Numbered from the stretch's first letter, positions 11,258-21,814 are shown. The stretch: 64,000 nt of DNA from Candidatus Saccharimonadia bacterium (GCA_041743505.1 JBGTMQ010000017.1:15680-79679), one strand, 5' to 3'. The notes: a model not told the origin generated them from the sequence alone. Translations and numbers: made by a program.

Positions 11258-11839
11258 TTGGACCTCACGGCACGTGCCTTTGCCAATGTCCTGATCGAGG
11301 CCAAAGTTTTTATGCAAGGTGATTTTGAACTCACCGATGGCAGCCACTCAAGTTTCTACATCAACTTTGGTGCAATCTGCCGGCCCAGCCACCTCAGTAT
11401 TCTTGGCCACTGTTTCGCCACCCAAATCATCCAGTCGGGGATCAAGCTTGACGTCGTCTATGGACCGGCCTACAAGGCCATCGCCATGGCCACCGAAACG
11501 GCCAAAGCCCTGTGGCAGGGCTACGGACTCGATATACCGTTCGCCAGCAGCCGCCGGGAAAAACGCAGCCACGGTATGAAGAATCCTCATCTCGGGGCAC
11601 CACTTCAAGACAAAAAAGTCGTCGTAGTCGACGATGTAGCCACCGGAGGCGATTCCAAACTGGACGCCTGTGAGTACGTCATGGACAAAGGCGGCACTGT
11701 CACGGGCTTTATCATTGGCGTTGACCGTACTCACAACCCGGCTGTCCTCGAGCAGCTCACAGCAAAGACGGGGGCACCCGTCTTTGTCATCATGCAACTA
11801 GAGGACCTTCAGCAGATCGCCGCCCAACATGTAGCATGA
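11258..11839 (+). CDS. pyrE: Orotate phosphoribosyltransferase-like protein
   Basis: GDFELTDGSHSSFYIN, VYGPAYKAI, REKRSHG, PRPP motif VVVVDDVATGG; TTG start after AAGGAG. Confidence 0.85.
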   Translation: MDLTARAFANVLIEAKVFMQGDFELTDGSHSSFYINFGAICRPSHLSILGHCFATQIIQSGIKLDVVYGPAYKAIAMATETAKALWQGYGLDIPFASSRREKRSHGMKNPHLGAPLQDKKVVVVDDVATGGDSKLDACEYVMDKGGTVTGFIIGVDRTHNPAVLEQLTAKTGAPVFVIMQLEDLQQIAAQHVA

Positions 11840-11945
11840 CCACTGTCCGGCCTTAGACCCCACCAAGGCCGGACTTCAAACTTTCGAGCAATCCCTATGC
11901 TAAAGTAATAAAAGCCATCTGGCATCGCCCTTCGACAAAGGAGCC

Positions 11946-12524
11946 TTGATGAATCTGGCAGATCATGCCTTTGCCAATGTGCTCATCCAATCCAATGCCT
12001 ACATGGAAGCTAGTCTCTCTGGTGGAGCTGGAACTTGTTTTATCCGTCGCCTCAATTTGGCCAAAATCCGCCGGCCTGAACACCTAGACACTCTGGCGAG
12101 CGGGTTCGCCCGGGCCATCATGCAGTCAAATGTGGCCTTCGATGTCATTTACGCCTTATCAGCCAAATCAATCCACTTGGCTGTCGCAACATCCCTTGCC
12201 ATCTGGCAGGGATATAATTTCAATAGACCCTTCGCCACCGCCAACATCACCACGTCTCTGGTCCCAAACAACCTCATCGGTGAGCCGCTCCGTCACAACA
12301 AGATCCTCATCTTGGACGACCCATCAGTTGACGACTATAGCGTCAGCGATGTCTGCCAACACATTCTGCAACATGACGGCACCGTCGCCGGTATCGTCAG
12401 CCCCGTGGAAGGCCTCCGGGATCCGGCAGTTCTACGCCAGATCGCTAACGACGCGGAACTGCCTGTCATTTCCGTAGTCCGCCTCGAAGAGCTTCGGAAA
12501 CTCGCCGGCTACCTCGCAGCCTAA
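11946..12524 (+). CDS. Divergent pyrE paralog (degenerate PRPP motif)
   Basis: Colinear with the previous gene (AFANVLI, IWQGY, ILILDD) but lacks the catalytic-loop R/K/H and the TGG after DD. Confidence 0.7.
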   Translation: MMNLADHAFANVLIQSNAYMEASLSGGAGTCFIRRLNLAKIRRPEHLDTLASGFARAIMQSNVAFDVIYALSAKSIHLAVATSLAIWQGYNFNRPFATANITTSLVPNNLIGEPLRHNKILILDDPSVDDYSVSDVCQHILQHDGTVAGIVSPVEGLRDPAVLRQIANDAELPVISVVRLEELRKLAGYLAA

Positions 12525-12563
12525 CAACAATCCGGCCTTGGGTAACTCCAGGGCCGGATTTAT

Positions 12564-12596
12564 TTGACTAATATAGTAAGCGCGCTTACTATATTA
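12564..12596 (+). promoter_or_regulatory. Promoter overlapped by a perfect 28-bp palindrome (likely MarR operator)
   Basis: TTGACT-17-TACTAT; palindrome taatatagtaagcg/cgcttactatatta at 12569-12596; operon encodes a MarR protein. Confidence 0.75.
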
Positions 12597-12598
12597 CC

Positions 12599-13018
12599 AT
12601 GAAGATTATTGCCGCCGCCACTGCCATCACAACCGCCAAGCCTGGAACCGTTTTTCGTATCTGGTCCGACGTCGAACATTGGCCACTCTGGGATGTCGAA
12701 ATCACCTGGGCTAAATTAAACGGTCCTCACGCCGTCGGTACGACCGGCGCCTTAAAACCAGTTAACGGCCCCAGGACCAACTTCACCGTCATTGAAGTCA
12801 TCCAAAATCAATCCTTTACTGACGTCTCGCATCTGCCCGGCGCCAAGCTCCAATTCATACATCAGCTCGCCCAAACCGGCGATATGACCCAAGTCACTCA
12901 CACTGTATCAATCTCCGGGCCTTTAGCCTGGCTCTGGGAAAAGATCCTTGGCCACAATCTCCGCCGTGGCTTACAACCAGCCGTTCAAGGACTAATCAAG
13001 CTGGCAGAAAAAGCATGA
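12599..13018 (+). CDS. SRPBCC / polyketide cyclase-family protein
   Basis: VFRIWSDVEHWPLWD start; helix-grip layout. Confidence 0.85.
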   Translation: MKIIAAATAITTAKPGTVFRIWSDVEHWPLWDVEITWAKLNGPHAVGTTGALKPVNGPRTNFTVIEVIQNQSFTDVSHLPGAKLQFIHQLAQTGDMTQVTHTVSISGPLAWLWEKILGHNLRRGLQPAVQGLIKLAEKA

Positions 13019-13431
13019 AATATTGGATCGCCACCGTCTCCCACAACCACGTCAAACGTGGCCTGGAGCTTGGCGTCGCACAAATTGGCCATGGTAAACG
13101 CACCGGTCTGGCCCGCCTGCACGCCGGCGACTGGCTGGTCTACTACTCACCGCGCGAGAGTCCGGATGGCAACATCCCAGTCCAGGCCTTCACCGCCATC
13201 GGCCAAGTAGCCGGCGAAGCCATTTGGCAAGCCAATGAGGGCGATTTCAAGCCTTATCGCCGAAAGGTCAATTACGCTCGCGCCACCGACGCCACGATCC
13301 GTCCCTTATTAGAGCAGCTAAACTTCACCCAAGACAAAGCCAATTGGGGCTATGCCTTTCGCTATGGATTATTTGAAATCAATGAGCATGATTTCAGCCT
13401 CATTGCTCGTACCATGGACGTACAACCATGA
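13015..13431 (+). CDS. EVE domain protein
   Basis: MKYWIATVS.NHV..G...GVAQIGHGK, GDWLVYYSP, FTAIG, FRYGLFEI. Confidence 0.9.
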   Translation: MKYWIATVSHNHVKRGLELGVAQIGHGKRTGLARLHAGDWLVYYSPRESPDGNIPVQAFTAIGQVAGEAIWQANEGDFKPYRRKVNYARATDATIRPLLEQLNFTQDKANWGYAFRYGLFEINEHDFSLIARTMDVQP

Positions 13432-13895
13432 CAGCACACGATCCCGGCCTTAGCTCCGCTTACGACGCTCCTGAAGTCAGCCCGGGCTTCCTGCTCTGGC
13501 AGGTCACAAACCATTGGCAAGCCATGCAGCGGGCAGCCTTAAAGCCTTTCGGACTGACTCACGTACAGTTCGTCCTCCTGGCCTCACTGGTCTGGCTTGA
13601 AACTAATGACGAGCCCGTGACCCAAAAGTACCTGGCCGGGCATGCCGGCATCGATGTCATGATGACTTCACAAGTAGCCCGCACACTGGAGACAAAAGGC
13701 CTGATCAAGCGCTTACCGCATCCTAACGACCGGCGTGCCATCTTATTGACCGCTACCACGGAAGCAGTTGTCCTGGTCAATCAGGCCGTCCTTGCCGTAA
13801 AAAAAGTTGATCAACAGTTATTTGGTTATCTGGGCCACCGGCAAGATAATTTTATTGAAGCCTTGCAATTACTACGCGCAAATTTTAACTGCTAA
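13428..13895 (+). CDS. MarR-family transcriptional regulator
   Basis: SPGFLLWQV, LTHVQFVLL, LETKGLIKR.PHPNDRRA. Confidence 0.92.
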   Translation: MTAHDPGLSSAYDAPEVSPGFLLWQVTNHWQAMQRAALKPFGLTHVQFVLLASLVWLETNDEPVTQKYLAGHAGIDVMMTSQVARTLETKGLIKRLPHPNDRRAILLTATTEAVVLVNQAVLAVKKVDQQLFGYLGHRQDNFIEALQLLRANFNC

Positions 13896-13943
13896 ATACA
13901 AAACCGCCATGTCATGCAAAAGCGCACAACATGGCGGGGTGAA

Positions 13944-14477
13944 TCAGGCGCCGAAGACGCCTTCGTAGTAATTTTGGTCCCGCACTGAAGTACAGCCGGG
14001 GCCAAAAATCGGTGGTGGCAGCTCAGTCGGCCATTGCCCGGTCGCCCAAAACACATCGATGGACCAAGTGCAAAAACCATTACGGCCATTACCATCGCCG
14101 CGAGGGTGGGCGTACTCGTACTGCTCATACCGCACCAACGGCGAATTGCTCCGGTCGTCGGCGAACTCAGCTGCCCAGGCCTTTAGCCGCTCCTCAATCT
14201 CATAAGCTGGAACCGCCTCACTACCTGCCAAGAACACAGCCGGACCAACCCGGTAAGTAGCATAATCTGGCTCAATCAAGCCGGCCAGCTTAGCCTCCAA
14301 AGCCAAGAGATCGGCCGATGTAACCGTCTCGGGTCGACGGTTGTAAGCAAACTGCTTAGCCAAAGCATATGCCGCCTGAAGACCTGCGATCTGGCGAGGT
14401 GCCGTAGCGCCCTGCAGCTCACATTCGAGCCAACACAGCTCTATATCACGTTCAGTCAGACTCACGGGCTGAGTCAT
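13944..14477 (-). CDS. Fic/DOC-domain protein
   Basis: HPRGDGNGR, a variant of HPFxDGNGR. Confidence 0.75.
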   Translation of the reverse strand: MTQPVSLTERDIELCWLECELQGATAPRQIAGLQAAYALAKQFAYNRRPETVTSADLLALEAKLAGLIEPDYATYRVGPAVFLAGSEAVPAYEIEERLKAWAAEFADDRSNSPLVRYEQYEYAHPRGDGNGRNGFCTWSIDVFWATGQWPTELPPPIFGPGCTSVRDQNYYEGVFGA

Positions 14478-14651
14478 ATCGGCCTCCCTTCCAAGGCGGA
14501 TACAAGATTACATCAGAATTTCTGAATAAGTATATTATACACCCAAATCCAATTTTGCGCAATACAAGGCTGCCTGTAAAATCGGCATTTTCACCGGAAC
14601 CATAAATGAACCAGCAAGACTGCGAACTCCGATCCATTGTATACTCCGGAC

Positions 14652-16091
14652 ATGAAAGTAGCATTTATCGTACCTTATGAAGGTAAAAAGGTTTACCAAC
14701 AAGCCTACGATCAAATCTTGTCCGCCATCGAGACCAATGGCGGTTTAGTTCTAAGTCCTGAAAAAACCGATGAGTATGGCCATGCCCTAGCCACCGGCCT
14801 TCCAACGCATGACCTATCACGCTCGCACTATGAATTTATTCGTAAAAGCATTATCGATAGCGACGTCGTCATTGTAGAAGCTAGCTATGAAGACTTTCGA
14901 GTAGGCCACGAAACCACACTGGCGCTAATTTATCGCAAGCCTGTATTAGTAATGGCCCAACATCTTGATTTCGGAAAATTTATATATCACCCCAACCTTA
15001 CCGGTATCCATTACTACCCAACACAAGTAGCACAAATAATTAAGGACTTCCTTGACGCTGCTATCAGTCAACCACAGCAGCACCCGCAAGCGCGCATCCC
15101 GAATACATACCATCAACCGTATAAACCGGTTCGAAAACCAAAAATCATTGCCGTATTTGGTGGCATTTACGCCGACATATTTAATAAAGTTAGTCGCATC
15201 CCCCGCGAAAATGAAGTCAGCTTGAGCAGTGATTTTAAAATCTCGCTTGGCGGTAAAGCAACAAATGCCGCCGTTGCCATGGCCCGCCTCGGGAATAAAG
15301 TCATCATGCTCGGCCAACTTGGCCACGACTCTACTGCCGTAGACTTAGAGGCTACATTAATTTATGAAAGTATTAATACGGATTTCATAAGCCGCAATTC
15401 TGCGCATCCAACCGGCACAGTAGTATTGGCAGTCGACAAAAATGCTCAGTACAGCACCGTAGTACACGAAGCAGCCAATATTCAGATTGAGCTGACACAT
15501 ATTGATAACTTTTTTAAAGAAATCGACCATAACACATTAAAGCTTGATTGCCTGTATCTGACTCTTGAGGCTCAACCCGCAGCTATCGATTATATTATTC
15601 GCGAAGCATGCAAGCGGAATATTTTTATCTTCTGCGACGCCGCTCCTCATGCCCGCCCACTTAACTCGCAACTCCTATCATTGATTAATATCATCGCACC
15701 CAACCAAATCGAGGCGGAAGCAATGACAGGTATAGTGGTCGATGATCAGGCGGCAGCTCATCAGGCAGCGATGGACTTGACCCGAAAAGGAGCTCGTCAA
15801 ACAATTATTACCCTGGGCGACCAGGGCGTCTATTGGAATTCTGCCGACAGCAACAGTTATTGTTTACCCGCATTACCGGTCAAAGCGATTGACGAAGCTG
15901 GAGCAGGAGATGCTTTCAGAGGAGCTTTCATCAGCGAACTGCTTTCCTCAAAAAATACTATCAATGCTCTCAGGTTCGGAATACGCGCCGGAGCATTTGC
16001 CGTAACTCGGTTTGGCAGCTACGATTCTATGCCAACTCATGACGAATTAGCCTTCTTTAAGCCAGCCAAGCATCAGCCAGAACAACCCTAA
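14652..16091 (+). CDS. Fusion of nucleoside 2-deoxyribosyltransferase-like domain and PfkB ribokinase
   Basis: N-term SDVVIVEAS...GHETTLALIYRKPVL; C-term GGKATNAAVAMARLG, PNQIEA, ITLGDQG, DEAGAGDAF. Confidence 0.82.
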   Translation: MKVAFIVPYEGKKVYQQAYDQILSAIETNGGLVLSPEKTDEYGHALATGLPTHDLSRSHYEFIRKSIIDSDVVIVEASYEDFRVGHETTLALIYRKPVLVMAQHLDFGKFIYHPNLTGIHYYPTQVAQIIKDFLDAAISQPQQHPQARIPNTYHQPYKPVRKPKIIAVFGGIYADIFNKVSRIPRENEVSLSSDFKISLGGKATNAAVAMARLGNKVIMLGQLGHDSTAVDLEATLIYESINTDFISRNSAHPTGTVVLAVDKNAQYSTVVHEAANIQIELTHIDNFFKEIDHNTLKLDCLYLTLEAQPAAIDYIIREACKRNIFIFCDAAPHARPLNSQLLSLINIIAPNQIEAEAMTGIVVDDQAAAHQAAMDLTRKGARQTIITLGDQGVYWNSADSNSYCLPALPVKAIDEAGAGDAFRGAFISELLSSKNTINALRFGIRAGAFAVTRFGSYDSMPTHDELAFFKPAKHQPEQP

Positions 16092-16101
16092 TAAACTCAA
16101 C

Positions 16102-18312
16102 CTATTCGTCGTACGGTTCGGCCGGGCGCATCTTATCATCAGCCCCGCCCGCAGCACCTGATCCCCCACCTCGCACCTGGTCCACTGAGCTCACCAGCAC
16201 GTCGCGCGGCCGGGCGCCGTCAGCCGGCCCCACCACACCTTGCTCCTCCAAGAGGTCAATCAGCCGCGCAGCCCGGGCGTAGCCCACCCGCAGCCGGCGC
16301 TGCAGCATACTGGTACTCGCCTTGCCAGCCCGAATCACTGCCTCAGCCGCCTCGTCAAACAAGTCATCATCAATCTCGCCGTCACCACCGCCTCCACCAC
16401 CAATGGACTTCCCGCCAATCGTTACCTTCATGGCCAACACCTCGTCATTGTATTGCGGCCCACGCTGTGCCCGTAGAAAATCAGTTACCGCCTTAACCTC
16501 TTTCTCATCCAGGAAGGCGCCCTGGATCCGGCGCGGCTTCATAAACTCTGGGCTCATAAACAACATGTCGCCCTTACCCAAGAGCTTCTCGGCCCCCATC
16601 TGGTCCAAAATTGTCCGCGAGTCCACTTGGGATGCCACGCTAAACGCCAGCCGGGCCGGAATATTGGCCTTAATAATACCGGTAATCACGTCCACGCTCG
16701 GCCGCTGCGTTGCCAGCACCAAATGGATACCGATGGCCCGGGCCATCTGCGCCAGCCGCACAATCAGCGACTCCACGTCAGCTGCCGCCAGTACCATCAA
16801 GTCAGCCATCTCATCAATCACGATCACAATGTAGGGCATGGCCTCGTCCGGATGAGCCTTGTTGTACTCAATAATGTTTCGATTACCCACCTCAGCCAGC
16901 AGCTTGTACCGGCGCTCCATTTCCGCCACCGCCCACTTCAGGGCGCTAATGCACTTCTCCGGCTCCACAATTACCGGCGTCAGCAAATGAGGAATGTCAT
17001 TGTACAACCCCAGCTCCACGCGCTTAGGATCAACCAAAATCAGCTTCATGTCGTTGGGCGAATTCCGATATAGCAAGCTAGTCAAAAACGAGTTGATCAT
17101 GGCCGACTTACCCGAACCGGTGGCCCCGGCTATCAGCATATGCGGCATCTTCGCCAAATCGGTAAACATCGGTATACCCGACACATCCCGGCCCAGCGCA
17201 AACGTCAGCGGCGTCTTTTCCTGAGCCCACGCCGGCGCTTCCAGCACGCCACGCAAGCGCACCATGGCAATAGCCTTGTTTGGAATCTCCACACCTACCG
17301 CACTCTTACCCGGTATCGGCGCCTCTATACGAATAGGATGCGCCGCCAAGCTCAAGGCCAAGTTTGTATCAAGAGTAGTTATTTTGTTCAGCTTTACACC
17401 GTTCGGCGGGGTAAAGGTATATTGAGTTACGGTTGGCCCCACATTAACCTCACCCATCTGTACACCAATACCAAAACTCTCCAATGTCTGCTGAATAGTT
17501 GCCGCATTGGCCTTCACGTCACCCGCATCAGCCTTCGACCCCATCGCCGAAAGCAAGTCCATCGCCGGCGGCTGCCAAGCCTCATCCGTGCCGGCCGTCA
17601 GCGCCTCCTGCGGCTCCTCTTTAGCCGCCGGCTTCTTAACCGCACCGCCCAAATTCAGCTCACCCTTAACCGGCAGTGCATTGCCAGCACCAGAGTTATC
17701 ATTGACTCTCAATAACTCAGCTGTCGGATCATTAACCTTAATCTCCTGAGGCGCCGGCACCGACTCACGCTTAAACGCCGACAGCATCCGACGCACAACC
17801 TCTATCAGGTTCGTATTCGTCGCCACAATCACAAACACCACCACCAGAGCCGCCAAAACAATGCTAGCCGCAGCCACATTCAGCACATTCAGCATCATAC
17901 TGGCAATACTGTAGCCCACCAGGCCTCCGCCGGTACCTGCCTGTGCCTTGTCCAGAGCGTCAGCCGGATCAACACCCACATGCGCCAGCGCCGCCAAAGC
18001 TAACTCAAGCCCGATAAAACCCACGTAGTTATGGGCTCTGGGCGGATTATCGCGACGAAACAGCATGATCGACAAGCCTGCAAATATCCACGGCAACAAA
18101 TAAGCCGCGTAACCAAACGCCAGGCGCAAACCGTCAAACATACCGGTCACCAAAGAGCCGCCAAAATCAAACACTGCAAACAGCAACAGGATCGTCAGTG
18201 CCGCTAACAGCACCGCCGCAATTTCGCGCTTAGCTTCGATTGACAGGAGCGGCTCCTGATTCTTCTTGCGTTTCACGGATTTTCTCGTTGATCGGGCTTT
18301 CTTCTTGGCCAT
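16102..18312 (-). CDS. ftsK: DNA translocase FtsK/SpoIIIE
   Basis: N-terminal TMs; PHMLIAGATGSGKS, LVLATQRPSVDVITG, LRVGYARAARLID gamma domain. Confidence 0.97.
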   Translation of the reverse strand: MAKKKARSTRKSVKRKKNQEPLLSIEAKREIAAVLLAALTILLLFAVFDFGGSLVTGMFDGLRLAFGYAAYLLPWIFAGLSIMLFRRDNPPRAHNYVGFIGLELALAALAHVGVDPADALDKAQAGTGGGLVGYSIASMMLNVLNVAAASIVLAALVVVFVIVATNTNLIEVVRRMLSAFKRESVPAPQEIKVNDPTAELLRVNDNSGAGNALPVKGELNLGGAVKKPAAKEEPQEALTAGTDEAWQPPAMDLLSAMGSKADAGDVKANAATIQQTLESFGIGVQMGEVNVGPTVTQYTFTPPNGVKLNKITTLDTNLALSLAAHPIRIEAPIPGKSAVGVEIPNKAIAMVRLRGVLEAPAWAQEKTPLTFALGRDVSGIPMFTDLAKMPHMLIAGATGSGKSAMINSFLTSLLYRNSPNDMKLILVDPKRVELGLYNDIPHLLTPVIVEPEKCISALKWAVAEMERRYKLLAEVGNRNIIEYNKAHPDEAMPYIVIVIDEMADLMVLAAADVESLIVRLAQMARAIGIHLVLATQRPSVDVITGIIKANIPARLAFSVASQVDSRTILDQMGAEKLLGKGDMLFMSPEFMKPRRIQGAFLDEKEVKAVTDFLRAQRGPQYNDEVLAMKVTIGGKSIGGGGGGDGEIDDDLFDEAAEAVIRAGKASTSMLQRRLRVGYARAARLIDLLEEQGVVGPADGARPRDVLVSSVDQVRGGGSGAAGGADDKMRPAEPYDE

Positions 18313-18364
18313 ACATCGCCTATTATACTGCTTTTGTTCCAGATAAGAAAAGCCAGCCCGCTGG

Positions 18365-19180
18365 TCAAACCAATTGAAACTCCAACAGCTCAAATTCTGC
18401 CGTCACGTTAAGCATGACTATGCTACCCAATGACTGTTTTTGCTCAGCTGTCATAAACCAGGCGTTCGGCGTCATGCGAACAAGATCCGCAATCGCTACC
18501 CCATCCAATGTCAACGGCACCGCCAAAACATCAACACTAGTCAGTCTAAAAGCATCTGCCATTGCCCTCTGGATTGCCTGCCGCTTATCAGCTTGTATCG
18601 CTAGTAGCGGCTGGACAGCTCTCAATTCGGCCAGATGCCGTAATGTCGGAATCGCTACCAAAAGACGGCCGCCCGGCGCCAGCACACGGGCAAACTCCGT
18701 GGAATTCCGCGGCGCAAACACATCCAATAACACATCCGCGGATCTCTCAGGCAGTGGCACCAAGCGGTTAGTATCCGCCACAGCAAATTGAACCTTCGGG
18801 TAGCGCTTGGCCGCCAGCCGGATGCCGTCCTTAGCAATATCCGTTCCGAAGCACATTGAACTACTTATGTGTTCAGATATTCCACCTATGTAATATCCCT
18901 CCCCACAGCCGGTTTCTGCTACTCGATTATGCGGTATTAAGGCTACACGATCAATAATTTTTTGCCGCAGCAAAGTATACAATCCTCGTTCAAAATGACG
19001 GCGGCGGGCCGCCAACATGTCTGGAGTATCGCCTTTAAGTCCTGACTTTTGCCGTCCGGCCATCAAGTTCACATGCCCTTCCTTCGCTATATCAAAGCTA
19101 TGGCCATTAACACATCTCAACGAACCGCCAAGCGGCTCCAGCAAATTACGACATATCGGACAGATCCAAGCAGCCTTCAT
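18365..19180 (-). CDS. rlmA: RlmA-like 23S rRNA m1G methyltransferase
   Basis: CPIC...C.NGHSFDIAKEGHVNL zinc finger, GCGEGYY, FAPRN, MTP. Confidence 0.85.
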   Translation of the reverse strand: MKAAWICPICRNLLEPLGGSLRCVNGHSFDIAKEGHVNLMAGRQKSGLKGDTPDMLAARRRHFERGLYTLLRQKIIDRVALIPHNRVAETGCGEGYYIGGISEHISSSMCFGTDIAKDGIRLAAKRYPKVQFAVADTNRLVPLPERSADVLLDVFAPRNSTEFARVLAPGGRLLVAIPTLRHLAELRAVQPLLAIQADKRQAIQRAMADAFRLTSVDVLAVPLTLDGVAIADLVRMTPNAWFMTAEQKQSLGSIVMLNVTAEFELLEFQLV

Positions 19181-19284
19181 TGATTTCTTTCCATAGAATT
19201 GAAGAGTCCCGGCAACCATATAGGCTACCGGGACGACTGACAAGTCCGCTTTTCATATTCCCCACCGTTACGCATCTAGTGCCA

Positions 19285-19506
19285 TTACGACACATAGCGC
19301 AACCCGGTGAGCAAGATGAAACCGGCAACGGTGCAAACCGTCAAGAGCACTCGGGCCGAATGGCTCGACTTGCGCTCGGGCGACCACACCTTGATCATGA
19401 TCCAGACACCGATCGCCAGGAAAATCATGACCCAGTATTCCAATGCGACACCGTACCATGTCCCGATCGCAGCCGCGAATGCCCAGTAAATCAGCAGGAT
19501 AATCAT
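19285..19506 (-). CDS. Small membrane protein
   Basis: GAGGTG SD; hydrophobic 73 aa. Confidence 0.55.
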   Translation of the reverse strand: MIILLIYWAFAAAIGTWYGVALEYWVMIFLAIGVWIMIKVWSPERKSSHSARVLLTVCTVAGFILLTGLRYVS

Positions 19507-19601
19507 TTGATCACCTCTCGGAGAACGAAGGCAAATTGTGAAACAGAGGCAGGATGCCACTGTTTATCTATTGTACCACATTCCTAGAATTTTTGCAAGT
19601 A

Positions 19602-21704
19602 CTATACCTCGTTAATAACCGGCAAGATCATCGGATTACGCTTGGTCTTGGAATACAGCAAGTCACCTATTTCATCCCGTAGCTTAAGCTTAAACTTAGA
19701 CCAGTCAGTCGGCTCAGACGTATTACGCTTCTCAAAGGCTTTACGGACTTCAGTCCGGGCCTTATTAATCAGCTCCTCATTCTCCTTCATGTAGATAAAC
19801 CCGCGGCTAATAATATCCGGACTCGAAATCAACCGGCCGGTCTTGCGGCTAACCGTCGCAATGATCATAAATACACCGTCACCTGCCATCGCCAGCCGGT
19901 CGCGCAACACTACACCTTCTACGTCTCCCACGCCAGCTCCATCGACCATTACCATACCGGCCGGCACGCGCTGGCCTTTCTGGGCTCGATTCGGAGTTAA
20001 TTCAAGCACGTCACCATTATCCATCACAAAAACATTGGCCTGAGGTACACCATTTTCGATAGCAATCTCGGCATTATAAACCAAGTGGTGAAACTCGCCA
20101 TGAATTGGCATATAATACTTGGGCTTAATAAGACTAATGAGCTCGGCGGCATCATCACGCTTAGCATGGCCACCCACATGAACCGGCCCATGACCCCGCA
20201 GCCCCTCGGTCATCCGGGCAAAGACGCTGGCGCCCTCGCGCATGAGGTTGTCAATAAGACCCACCACAGACTTCTCATTGCCAGGTATCACGCTCGAACT
20301 AAAGATAACCGTATCACCTGGCTTAATCTTGACGCTCTGATGATCACCAGTCGACATACGCACGAGTGCTGCGTTCTCCTCGCCCTGGGAACCCGTACAC
20401 AGCACCACTATCTGGTTATCCGGCAAGGAAGCGATATCCTGAGCCTTTACCATAAGGCCCTGCGGCACCCGCAGGTAACCCATCTTAACGCAAAGCTCGA
20501 TCGTGGAGAGCATAGATCGGCCCACCACCGCTAACCGCCGGCCCGTTTTAGCCGTAGCATCTATAATCAGTTGAACACGCGTAATAGAACTTGAAAATGT
20601 AGAGATAATAATGCGCCCATTGGCCCGCCCATAGAGGTCGTGAATGGTCGGCTCAACCAATCGCTCGCTACCACCGCGGCCGGGCTGGTCACAGCTAGTA
20701 GAGTCGCTCATGAGCAGCAGTACGCCCTCGGCAGCAATCTCACCCAAGCGGGGCATATCCATCATCTTGCCATCAAGCGGGTCGGGGTCAAGACGCCAGT
20801 CGCCGGTATCTATGATAATTCCAGCCGGCGTCCGCAACACTACGGCAGTAGAATCCGCAATCGTATGAGTTACCCGCACCAGTTCAATATTAAAACTGCC
20901 AAGCTGCACCCGTTCATGCTTATCGGGATCAAGTACCACATACTGAGGCGTATGAATCTTAAATTCCTCGATCTGTTTTGCAACCATACCCAAACTGAGA
21001 CGCGAGCCGTATATCGGCACAGGAAACTTTGGGATCATGTAGCCGGCAGCCCCAATATGGTCCATATGCCCATGAGTAATCACGATTCCGCGAACCTTAT
21101 GACGGTTGCGTTCAAGATAGGTGACGTCCGGGATAATATAGTCGACACCCGGCTGCTTAGCCTCCGGAAAGCCGAAGCCCATATCGAGAATCACAATGTC
21201 GTTACCATACTCAACGGCCATCATATTCTTCCCAATCTCACCAAGACCGCCCAACGGGATAACCCGTATCATCGGCTCACGAGTAACCTGGTTGGCCGTC
21301 CCGCGGCCCTGGATGGCTGGCCGTACCTGGCTTTTCTTGCTCTGCTGAACGCCATCCGTGCCGTTAAAGACACTTTTGTTAACCGGCATCGTATCCAGCG
21401 CCGGGATCAAATCAGTGTGATTCGGTACCTGCTGCTGACCATTTCGCCGCCGGCCACCCCCACGGCCCCCGCCACCACCTCGGCCACCGCCGTTACCGCC
21501 ATTGTTATTGCCGCTACCCTTTTGTGGCCTCGGCTGGGCCAATTTTGGCCCAGGTACACCCTCAGACACCGGTCGGTTCGGGTCCTTAGTCACGGCCGGC
21601 TTTTGAAACCGCGGCGGGCGCGGTGGTCGCTGCGGCCGGTTATTAGGCCGGGCCGAACCTGGCTGAGGAGTATTTGAATTGTTATTGTTATTATTAGGCT
21701 CCAT
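19602..21704 (-). CDS. rnj: Ribonuclease J with long low-complexity N-terminus
   Basis: IPLGGLGEIGKNM, THGHMDHIG, TGSQGE, PIHGE. Confidence 0.97.
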   Translation of the reverse strand: MEPNNNNNNSNTPQPGSARPNNRPQRPPRPPRFQKPAVTKDPNRPVSEGVPGPKLAQPRPQKGSGNNNGGNGGGRGGGGGRGGGRRRNGQQQVPNHTDLIPALDTMPVNKSVFNGTDGVQQSKKSQVRPAIQGRGTANQVTREPMIRVIPLGGLGEIGKNMMAVEYGNDIVILDMGFGFPEAKQPGVDYIIPDVTYLERNRHKVRGIVITHGHMDHIGAAGYMIPKFPVPIYGSRLSLGMVAKQIEEFKIHTPQYVVLDPDKHERVQLGSFNIELVRVTHTIADSTAVVLRTPAGIIIDTGDWRLDPDPLDGKMMDMPRLGEIAAEGVLLLMSDSTSCDQPGRGGSERLVEPTIHDLYGRANGRIIISTFSSSITRVQLIIDATAKTGRRLAVVGRSMLSTIELCVKMGYLRVPQGLMVKAQDIASLPDNQIVVLCTGSQGEENAALVRMSTGDHQSVKIKPGDTVIFSSSVIPGNEKSVVGLIDNLMREGASVFARMTEGLRGHGPVHVGGHAKRDDAAELISLIKPKYYMPIHGEFHHLVYNAEIAIENGVPQANVFVMDNGDVLELTPNRAQKGQRVPAGMVMVDGAGVGDVEGVVLRDRLAMAGDGVFMIIATVSRKTGRLISSPDIISRGFIYMKENEELINKARTEVRKAFEKRNTSEPTDWSKFKLKLRDEIGDLLYSKTKRNPMILPVINEV

Positions 21705-21814
21705 AGATCCTTTCTATGATTTTTTTATTAAGAGAAATGATATTGTCACTCCGAACACGAGCCGCAAAAGCTGGTTTTCGAACCGAGTCCGCAGGACAAA
21801 GTTTCTTCTATTAG

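Noticed and set aside
13944-14477. Fic toxin-antitoxin pair
   Set aside because: No adjacent antitoxin ORF or inhibitory motif identified; the Fic motif lacks the final Arg.
20640-21677. 345-aa plus-strand ORF and similar long antisense ORFs in helD, ftsK and polA
   Set aside because: Shadow frames of well-supported genes with no recognisable motifs.
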